DNA of 64,000 nt from Pseudomonadota bacterium (GTDB lineage: Bacteria; Myxococcota; JACRCW01; JAFGSX01), in NCBI GenBank assembly GCA_043821645.1, contig JBDRCO010000076.1, forward strand, positions 1 to 64,000, written 5' to 3'. The notes beneath the pieces are model-generated. The model was not told where the DNA came from and did not search any database. It saw only the letters and a program-made list of their open reading frames with translations. Each line of letters starts with the position of its first letter. The stretch's first letter is position 1. Shown in pieces: positions 56,606 through 64,000 of the stretch. Both the position numbers and the translations under genes were made by a program.

Positions 56606-58177
56606 ATGACCTCACCCCGCCCGGGGCGCCGGAACATCCCGCGCTCCCTCCTCGTCGCCACCGCCCTGGCCGTGGCCCCATCCGCGCTGGCGGAAAAACC
56701 TGTCGTGTTGATGGTGCCCTACCAGCCCATCGCGCGGCAGGCCACGCCCGAGCTCGCGGCCCAGGTGACCAAGGCCCTGGCCAAGGAGCTGGCAACCGGC
56801 GAGACCTACACCATCAAGACCCTCGAGGCCGAGGCGCCAGCGCCGGTCGAGACCGACGGCGGCAGCGTCGACATGGACGTGGGCAAGGGCGACCTGACCA
56901 AGGCCTTCAAGGCGCTCAACACCGCCGAGAAGTTCATGAAGAAGTACCGCTTCGATCAGGCGATCGGGCAGTACCAGAAGGCCCTGGAGACCTTCGATGC
57001 CGCCGCACCCGCCCTCGAGGAGGTGGATGCCGTGGCCGACGCCTACATCAAGCTGGGCGTGGCCGCGTTCCGGCGCAGCAAGGAAGACCTGGCCGAGCAG
57101 GCGCTGGCCCAGGCCGTGGTGCTCGACCCCGAGCGCACCCTGGACCCGCGCGAGTATCCGCCCTTGTTGCTGCGCGTGTACGACGACATCTTTCGCAAGA
57201 CCTTGAGCAAGCCCCGCGGCACCATCGCCATCGAGGCCACCGTGAGTGGCGCCGAGGTCTTTTACAACGGCAAGTCGGTGGGGGCGACGCCCATCAAGCT
57301 CAACGGCGTGCCGCCAGGCCGTCACTTCGTGCGCGTGGTCAAGGAAGGCGCGGGCGTGTGGGGTCAGCGCATCGAGGTCAAGAGCGGCGAGACCGTCGAG
57401 ATCAAGGCCGAGCTCGGTGGCGGCGCCAAGGTAGCCACCGGAGGGAACGGCCTCACCGCCGTCGCCGCAGCCATCGGCGCCAACCGCGTCGACGTGGTGG
57501 TGGCAGATGCCGCAGCGGGCCTGGCCAAGGCCGAGGGCGCCCAGTTCGCGATGTTCGGGGGCCTGCGCAAGGGCGAGGCCTCGATCCCCGTGCACACCTT
57601 CCTGGTCGACGCGGAGAGCGGCGCTCTGTACCGCCTGATCGACCTCGACATCGACCTCGACATGCTGTCGCTGTCCATCGAGGCCTTCAAGCTGGGCGAG
57701 GACCTGAGCAACCTGGTGCAGGCTCCGGGCACGGACCTGGGTGCCGGGCCACACACCATCGTGCGCGGCGTGTCCAGCGAGGAGGCCAGCGCCGGTCCAG
57801 CCGAGGTCGATGTGGGCCCTCCGGTACCGGACGGCCGCAGCTCGCGCATCGCCACCGGTGGCGACGATGGACGGCGCCCGCTCAGCGGGGACACCGGTGA
57901 CGACGGTGACAAGCGGTCCGTCATCAACACCGGAGACTCCAGCGGCGGTCGCCGCCGGACCCTGTCCGACGACGGCAGTGCCTTCGACGGCGAGACCACG
58001 AAGCGTCCCACCATCGCCGAGCTCGATGAGCCCGACGAGTGGTACGAGAACCCCCTGGTGTGGGCGGGGGCCGGTGGTGGCGCGCTGTTGCTGGTGGGCG
58101 GTGCCACGGCGGGGGTGGTGGCCCTGCTCCTGCTCAGGCCGCCGACCGGGGTGACCGTTCAGGCCGAGTGGCCGTGA
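56606..58177 (+). CDS. PEGA-domain protein with TPR region and C-terminal TM
   Basis: Signal ALA; TPR helices; GAEVFYNGKSVGATP..VPPGRHFVRVVKEG; WYENPLVW-TM tail. Confidence 0.85.
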   Translation: MTSPRPGRRNIPRSLLVATALAVAPSALAEKPVVLMVPYQPIARQATPELAAQVTKALAKELATGETYTIKTLEAEAPAPVETDGGSVDMDVGKGDLTKAFKALNTAEKFMKKYRFDQAIGQYQKALETFDAAAPALEEVDAVADAYIKLGVAAFRRSKEDLAEQALAQAVVLDPERTLDPREYPPLLLRVYDDIFRKTLSKPRGTIAIEATVSGAEVFYNGKSVGATPIKLNGVPPGRHFVRVVKEGAGVWGQRIEVKSGETVEIKAELGGGAKVATGGNGLTAVAAAIGANRVDVVVADAAAGLAKAEGAQFAMFGGLRKGEASIPVHTFLVDAESGALYRLIDLDIDLDMLSLSIEAFKLGEDLSNLVQAPGTDLGAGPHTIVRGVSSEEASAGPAEVDVGPPVPDGRSSRIATGGDDGRRPLSGDTGDDGDKRSVINTGDSSGGRRRTLSDDGSAFDGETTKRPTIAELDEPDEWYENPLVWAGAGGGALLLVGGATAGVVALLLLRPPTGVTVQAEWP

Positions 58178-58264
58178 GCGTGAAACGCAGCGGCCTCAGC
58201 ATCGTGTGACGACGAGGACCCCGCACCCCCCAGCGCAGCCCTGGGCCGTGCGATCGAGGAGCCG

Positions 58265-59851
58265 ATGATGCGTGCGACGACTGTCCTGCTCGGAGTGCTG
58301 GCGCTGGCGGCCATGGCGTGCGAGCCAACCATCGAGGTCAAGCTCACGGTGGTTCCACCCTGCGACCAGGGCGATGCCCTCGACGGCACCGGCACCATTC
58401 GCTTCGAGATCACCGGCACCGAGGTCAAGCCTCTGGCCAGCAACTTCTCGCGCGGCAAGAAGACCGGCGCCATCACGGGCTTGCCCCTGGGCGACGACAT
58501 CGTGGTCGGGGTCAAGGCCTACGCAGGCGACGTCGAGAAGACGCCCGACGTGCTCAACACGTCGCCCCTGGCAGCGGGCAGCACCCAGCCACGCGACTAC
58601 ACCGCCGAGAGCGAGCGTAGCATCGAGATCTCGGTGCCCGTGGGCAAGGTCGATACCTTTGCCAGCACCACCAATGCGGCCGAGAAGAAGTGCACCGCGA
58701 TGTCCACGCCGCGGCATGGCCACACCGCGACCTACCTGCCCAAGCTGGGCAAGGTGCTCATCGTGGGCGGCGCCAGTGTCGACGAGAACGGGCAGGACCG
58801 CATCCTGGCCACGGCGGAGCTCTATGACCCGGCCAAGGGGACCTTCGAGGCGTTGCCCGAGCCCCCAGGTGGTCCGCGTGTGTATCACGCCGCGGTGGCC
58901 CTGGCCGACGGACGCGCCCTGATCACGGGCGGCATCGGCATGATCAACAACAACCTGCAGACCCTGGGATCGGGCTTCGTGTATGACCCGGGCGTCAGCG
59001 GCAACCGCTCGCCCTACACGCTCGTGGTCATGCCCACGCACCAGGCCCGGGCGCACCACACGGCCACGCTCTCGGAGACCGGCAACGTGGTGCTGCTGGT
59101 GGGAGGCTGTACCAACTCCGCAGGTCAGGTGTGCACGCGCAGCTCGGCCAGCAACGCCTTCGAGACCACCCTGGTCTTCGATATCGCGCAGTTCGACGGA
59201 GGCAACACCGCGCTCACCCCCGGCCCCAATCTGCCGGGCGATGAAGGGCGGGTGTTCCACGTGGCCTTGCCTCTGCCTGATGGCCGCATCCTGATCGCGG
59301 GAGGCTCCACTGGTGGCGCGCAGCCAGCGTGCAAGCTGCTGATGTACGACTCGCGGCAGATGACCTTCCTGGCCGACTTCACGGACACCCTGTCCGGCGA
59401 CGGCTGCACATCCCATCTCGCCGGTGCCGTGTTTACCGACGGTCGCGTGGTGCTCAGCGGCGGCTACAAGAGCCTCAACCTCGACGGCTCGCCCCCGGCC
59501 AGTGCCACCGAGATCAGCGCGGCGACCACGGTGTGGGACAGCGCGCAGACGGTCCGCGTGTCCACCGGTCCGGCCCTGTCGGCGGGACGCGCCGAGCACG
59601 TGGCCTTTGCCCTGCTCACCGACGAGTTGCTGGTGGTGGGCGGGCAGGGCGGCAGCTCGGACGCCGAGCGCGTGGACCTCGTCGCGCAGCAGAGCGTGCC
59701 CACGGCCGGTGTGCCTGTGAGCAAGCGCCTTGCCATCGCGGGCGTCTCCCTGGGCAGCGGTCAGCCCTTGCTGCTGGGCGGAATTGATCCCACGGATGGA
59801 GCGAGCGGCGCCACGCAAGCCGCGGCCGAGTTGTTCTTTTACGCTCGCTGA
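58265..59851 (+). CDS. Kelch-repeat beta-propeller lipoprotein
   Basis: Lipobox AMAC; R.GHTATYL..GKVLIVGG..AELYDP; RVYHAAVAL.DGRALITGG and further repeats. Confidence 0.88.
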   Translation: MMRATTVLLGVLALAAMACEPTIEVKLTVVPPCDQGDALDGTGTIRFEITGTEVKPLASNFSRGKKTGAITGLPLGDDIVVGVKAYAGDVEKTPDVLNTSPLAAGSTQPRDYTAESERSIEISVPVGKVDTFASTTNAAEKKCTAMSTPRHGHTATYLPKLGKVLIVGGASVDENGQDRILATAELYDPAKGTFEALPEPPGGPRVYHAAVALADGRALITGGIGMINNNLQTLGSGFVYDPGVSGNRSPYTLVVMPTHQARAHHTATLSETGNVVLLVGGCTNSAGQVCTRSSASNAFETTLVFDIAQFDGGNTALTPGPNLPGDEGRVFHVALPLPDGRILIAGGSTGGAQPACKLLMYDSRQMTFLADFTDTLSGDGCTSHLAGAVFTDGRVVLSGGYKSLNLDGSPPASATEISAATTVWDSAQTVRVSTGPALSAGRAEHVAFALLTDELLVVGGQGGSSDAERVDLVAQQSVPTAGVPVSKRLAIAGVSLGSGQPLLLGGIDPTDGASGATQAAAELFFYAR

Positions 59852-59902
59852 GGACTTCTGTAGGCTCTTCAATAACCTGAAATTAATATACAAATTGTCT
59901 TA

Positions 59903-59928
59903 TTCCAGGTTTCGCGTCGAACCTGGAA
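59903..59928. other. Perfect 9-bp inverted repeat in AT-rich intergenic DNA (hairpin or operator)
   Basis: TTCCAGGTT-tcgcgtcg-AACCTGGAA; no U-tract. Confidence 0.4.
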
Positions 59929-59946
59929 GAGGGCGGATCTGCACTT

Positions 59947-59976
59947 TTGGACTGCCGGCGGCACCCATCCTATACT
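59947..59976 (+). promoter_or_regulatory. Putative sigma70 promoter of the DUF11 gene
   Basis: TTGGAC-N18-TATACT about 35 nt upstream of ATG 60011. Confidence 0.45.
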
Positions 59977-60010
59977 GTCGCCGCGGTGATCGCCCTGTCG
60001 AGCGATGAAC

Positions 60011-63000
60011 ATGAAGCGGTCCAGGTCCTGGCAAGGAATGCGATGGATGGGGGCAAGCCTGCTCGGTGCCTCGCTCGTCCTCGCAGTTCCAGCACAGGCC
60101 ACGCTCTCGGGCACACCACCAGCCTACGTTACCAACTACCGCCTGTGGGGATCCGCCGCCGTCACCGGCAACACGCTGATGTACGACGACGGCACGGTGA
60201 ACTTCTCGCTCATCCCGGGTGGCACGGACGGCATCATCAACGAGCTGCCGCCGGGCGCCGAGGTCGAGGCGGCCTTCCTGTTCTGGTCCGGTACCTTCGA
60301 TCCGGTGGCGCCCAACTTCATCCCGGCGGATCGCGACCTGCGCTTCGCCATCCCCGCGGGACCGAGCTTCAACCTGTCGGTGGACCTGCTCGAACCCGGC
60401 GAGGATCCGGCGGCGGCCACCTTCAACCAGTGTCTGTCGGTCGAGGAACCCGCCTACGGCTACATGCAGCACTTCTTCATGTGCCGGCGCGATGTGACCT
60501 ACCACGTGCGGCAGGGAGGCAGCTTCCTCAACGGCGCCTACCACGTGGACGGCGTCGAGGCGCTGGCCGGCGATTGCAGCACGGACCCGCTGTGTCAGGC
60601 CAAGTACGCCGGCTGGTCGCTGATCGTGGTGTGGTCGGCACCCACGCAGCGGGTGCGCCGCGACGTGGTGCTGTTCGACGGCTTCTACCTGTTCGACGAG
60701 GAGGCCGGGCCTCCGTTCAGCTCGGGCGTCTCGCCCTTTTACACCCTGGACCATTTCGAGGTCGGTGACACGCCGCGGGGTTCGCTATCCATGTTCGCCC
60801 TCGAGGGCGACGAGCAGCTCGGGGTGCCACCTCAGAACCTGCAGGGTTGCACCACCTGCTACGACTTCTTCGAGGTGTACACCGAGCAGAACGCCGTTCG
60901 CACCAAGCTGTCGGACGACGTCAACCCGCCCGACAACGTGTTCAACGGCTCGCGCTCGCGCGGCGGTACGAGCCCGGGGGTGGACCTCGACACCTTCGAC
61001 GTGTCGAGCATCCTGCGCAGTGGAGATACCTTCCTGCGCTTCCGGGTCGGCTCCGGCGATGGCGTCGAGGGCGGCGAGCTCGGGGGCGGCGAGCTGGTGC
61101 TGCTCGGCTACGTCATCGTCAGCCTCGACACCTACGCGCCCAACCTCAACGACACCGCCACCTTCAAGAGCGTGGCCGAGGACACGGCGACTCCTGGCAG
61201 CGTGCTGCACTACACGATCCGCGTCACCAACCAGGATGGCTCTGCCGCGGCGCACAACGTGCGGGTGCGCGATGCGATCCCGGCGGGCACCAGCTACATC
61301 CCCGGCACCACGCGTGCCTGCGGCAGCGCCGTGGGGGACGTCGGCGGCACCACACCCCTGGCCACGACCCAGGGCCTCAACATCGGCACACTGTATGAGC
61401 GGCCGCCCGGGACCCAGAGCTGCGAGATCAAGTTCCAGGTGCGGGTCAACGACGCCACGGCCCCGGGCACCGACGTCGTCAATCGCGCCACCATCACCAG
61501 CGACGAGACCGAGCCCTTTGATCGGACGGCAGTGACGCGCATCGAGGGTGTGCGCCTTGCCACGCCGACCAAGAGCGTTCTCGACGTCAACGGTGGCGAC
61601 CTGGTCCCGGGCGACGTGGTCACGTACACCATCACGCTGCGCAACGATTCGGACGCCGCGGTCGCGGGTGTGGACTTCGACGACCCCTTGCCCGGGGAAC
61701 TCGAGAATACCTCCGTGCTGGTGGTGCCCTCGGGCGCGCAGAACCAGAGCTCGGCCGGCCGTGTCCGCGTCACGGGCATCAGCATCGGACCGCGCTCCAG
61801 TGCCAGCATCGTGTTCACGGGTCAGGTGCGCCTGGACGTGAGCAGTGGCACGCCCGTCGTGAACCAGGGCTTCGTGAGCCACAGCTCGTTGCCGACACCC
61901 CTGGCCACGGACGACCCGCGCACCAGTGCGCCGGACGATCCCACCATCATCAACGTCTTCTTCCGCATCGACCTGACCCGCTCGAGCAAGGCGGGCGTCG
62001 ACGTCAACGGCGGTGCCCCCGAGCCTGGCGATCTGCTTCGCTACACGCTCACCCTGATCAACAGCGGCTCCATCTCCGCCAGTGCCAACGTGCAGGACGA
62101 TCTGCCCTTCGGCGTCACCGGCTGCACCCTGACCTACCGCCCACCTGGCTCCACCGTGGCCTGCTATCCCGGTGGCGCCCAGGGTGCCGGCCAGGTGCGG
62201 GGCGATCTGGTGATCCCGGCCGGAGCCACGCGCCAGATCGTGGTCGAGACCCGCATCGCCACGAGTGCGCCTGCCGGTCTGCGCATCGAGAACCTGGCGG
62301 ATCTGACCTGGGCCGAACAACCCGGTGCCCTGGTACAGCTGCGCTCCAATGCCTTTGTCGTGGTGGCCAGCCCGGTGTTGACGACGAGCAGCAAGACCGT
62401 CGAGGACCTCGACGGCGCGCCGACACGGCCAGGCGACATGCTGCGCTACACCATCACCATCCTCAACACCGGCAATCGCGACGCCACCAACCTGCGCGTC
62501 ACGGACAGGGTCGACCCCAACCTCACGGATGTGGCTCCAGCCCAGGGTGGAGGCTACGACGGCACCCAGATCGTATGGGACTCCAGTACCACCCCCGGCC
62601 TGGTTCGCCTGGTACCCGGCGGCCGCATCACGCTCAGCTTCATCGCCCGGGTCCGCCCGGGAGTGCCGGACCGCACGGTCCTTCGCAACGCCGCAGACCT
62701 GACCTCGGCCGAGGTCACGACGCCCGTGGTGCTGCGCGCGGATCCTGTGCTGGTGCGTTCGGCACCCCGCCTGGTGCTGAGCAAGACCGTGCTGGATCTC
62801 AACCCCGCGCCCTACGAGCCCGGTGACCGCGTCCGCTACACCTTGACCCTGAGCAACACCGGAGACGCCGCGGCCACCAACGTCGTGCTGCGCGATCCCA
62901 TCGATGCCGCGCTCGAGAACGTGCTCCCCTCGGCGGGTGGCTCTGTCCTCGGCAGCGAGGTGGTGTGGAACGCCAGCACCACGGCGCAGCTGGCACGCCT

Positions 63001-64000
63001 CGACGTCAACCAGAGCGTGACCCTGCGCATCGATGCCACGATCCGCAGCCGCGTCGACGATGGCCAGGTGGTCAGCAACCAGGCCCAGGTAAGCAGCAGC
63101 GAGGTGACGACGCCTGTCTTCTCGGATGACCCGGCCCTGGGAGGCATCGCGGACCCGACCCTGTTCACGATCTCGGCCCACCCGTCGCTGGCGCTGAGCA
63201 AGACGGTGGTCGACGACAATGGCGGTTCCTTTGTGCCCGGGGAGCGTGTGACCTACACCCTGGCCATCGAGAACCGGGGTCGCGGTGCTGCCCTCGACGT
63301 GGTGCTGTCCGATGTGTTCCCTCCCCAGCTCGAAGATGTGCAGGCCACGCCTCCGCCCAGCCAGCAGGTGGGGAACGGCCTGCAGTGGACCTCGGCCGCG
63401 ACCCCGGCCCTGGCGCGCATCTGGCCTGGCGAGCGCGTCGAGGTCCTGGTCAGCGCCCGCATCGTGCGGCCCCTCGCGGACGGCAGTTCGGTGTCCAACC
63501 AGGGCGCCGTCGCGGCCCGCGGCACGGCAGCCGTCGCCTCGGATGACCCGGGCACGCCAGCGCCGCTCGATCCCACGGTGTTCTTCGTGCGCTCCATCCC
63601 CGTGCTCTCCGAGTTCACCAAGGCTGTGGCCGACGACAGCGGTGATGGTGTCTACCGCCCGGGCGAGCGCGTGACCTACACCCTGCGAGTGCGCAACAGC
63701 GGCAGCGAGGACGCGACCGACGTGGTGGTCCGGGACACCTTGCCCGCGCAGCTCACGGCCATCGCGGCGCCGGGAGGCCGGGTGAGCGGCAACCTGGTGG
63801 AATTCGATCGCACGACGTGGCCCGAGCTTTCGCGGCTGGCGCCGGACCAGGACGTGACACTGCTGATACAGGCCACCCTGCGCCGGCCCCTCGACCCCGC
63901 CACCGAGGTCCGCAACCAGGCCTCGGTGCAGGCCGTGGCCGTGGCACCGGAGCTCAGCGATGACCCCGCCACCGAGGACGTGGACGATCCCACGCGCTTC
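60011..64000 (+). CDS. Large secreted adhesin-like protein: DUF3344-like N-domain plus at least 7 DUF11 domains, 3'-truncated by window edge (absent from the ORF track because it has no stop)
   Basis: Signal AQA; TGNTL..LPPGAEVEAAFLFWSG; repeats K(S/T)V.D...PGD/E...YTI/L...N.G...A..V...D..P; frame consistent through DDPTRF at 64000. Confidence 0.88.
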   Translation, partial: MKRSRSWQGMRWMGASLLGASLVLAVPAQATLSGTPPAYVTNYRLWGSAAVTGNTLMYDDGTVNFSLIPGGTDGIINELPPGAEVEAAFLFWSGTFDPVAPNFIPADRDLRFAIPAGPSFNLSVDLLEPGEDPAAATFNQCLSVEEPAYGYMQHFFMCRRDVTYHVRQGGSFLNGAYHVDGVEALAGDCSTDPLCQAKYAGWSLIVVWSAPTQRVRRDVVLFDGFYLFDEEAGPPFSSGVSPFYTLDHFEVGDTPRGSLSMFALEGDEQLGVPPQNLQGCTTCYDFFEVYTEQNAVRTKLSDDVNPPDNVFNGSRSRGGTSPGVDLDTFDVSSILRSGDTFLRFRVGSGDGVEGGELGGGELVLLGYVIVSLDTYAPNLNDTATFKSVAEDTATPGSVLHYTIRVTNQDGSAAAHNVRVRDAIPAGTSYIPGTTRACGSAVGDVGGTTPLATTQGLNIGTLYERPPGTQSCEIKFQVRVNDATAPGTDVVNRATITSDETEPFDRTAVTRIEGVRLATPTKSVLDVNGGDLVPGDVVTYTITLRNDSDAAVAGVDFDDPLPGELENTSVLVVPSGAQNQSSAGRVRVTGISIGPRSSASIVFTGQVRLDVSSGTPVVNQGFVSHSSLPTPLATDDPRTSAPDDPTIINVFFRIDLTRSSKAGVDVNGGAPEPGDLLRYTLTLINSGSISASANVQDDLPFGVTGCTLTYRPPGSTVACYPGGAQGAGQVRGDLVIPAGATRQIVVETRIATSAPAGLRIENLADLTWAEQPGALVQLRSNAFVVVASPVLTTSSKTVEDLDGAPTRPGDMLRYTITILNTGNRDATNLRVTDRVDPNLTDVAPAQGGGYDGTQIVWDSSTTPGLVRLVPGGRITLSFIARVRPGVPDRTVLRNAADLTSAEVTTPVVLRADPVLVRSAPRLVLSKTVLDLNPAPYEPGDRVRYTLTLSNTGDAAATNVVLRDPIDAALENVLPSAGGSVLGSEVVWNASTTAQLARLDVNQSVTLRIDATIRSRVDDGQVVSNQAQVSSSEVTTPVFSDDPALGGIADPTLFTISAHPSLALSKTVVDDNGGSFVPGERVTYTLAIENRGRGAALDVVLSDVFPPQLEDVQATPPPSQQVGNGLQWTSAATPALARIWPGERVEVLVSARIVRPLADGSSVSNQGAVAARGTAAVASDDPGTPAPLDPTVFFVRSIPVLSEFTKAVADDSGDGVYRPGERVTYTLRVRNSGSEDATDVVVRDTLPAQLTAIAAPGGRVSGNLVEFDRTTWPELSRLAPDQDVTLLIQATLRRPLDPATEVRNQASVQAVAVAPELSDDPATEDVDDPTRF

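Noticed and set aside
53703-56795. Long antisense and alternate-frame ORFs (e.g. 53703-56795, 60785-63181, 25440-27440, 12592-14325, 41077-42720)
   Set aside because: Shadows of real genes caused by high GC3; no recognisable motifs

Overview
High-GC (~68% by eye) bacterial chromosomal window, most consistent with a Myxococcota-like deltaproteobacterium: many Cys-rich lipoproteins with Asp/Ala-rich linkers, a MYXO-CTERM-like signal, PEGA, kelch, FecR/ECF, Hanks kinase and FHA genes. About 50 CDSs are present; no rRNA, tRNA, CRISPR array or intact mobile element was found. The standout is a tightly coupled five-gene minus-strand operon (37678-44579). It encodes a membrane-anchored, circularly permuted TrxR/YpdA-like NAD(P)H flavoprotein fused to an atypical ferredoxin and a His-containing membrane domain, then 20-, 10- and 9-heme c-type cytochromes (39 CxxCH in total), then a probable outer-membrane beta-barrel. 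Together these form a candidate NAD(P)H-to-cell-surface electron conduit. Other notable items: an amidase with an internal MYXO-CTERM-like anchor followed in frame by a second signal peptide and a TolB-like propeller (polyprotein-like); a GP42-type transglutaminase lipoprotein with a Pep-13-like motif; an FrpC self-processing-module homologue with Thr-Pro instead of Asp-Pro; a catalytically degenerate FHA-cyclase in a cluster of sensor-only proteins; a low-GC segment covering the 3' ends of two convergent surface-protein genes; and two interrupted genes. All calls come from motif recognition by eye; no searches were run, and start codons are best estimates.
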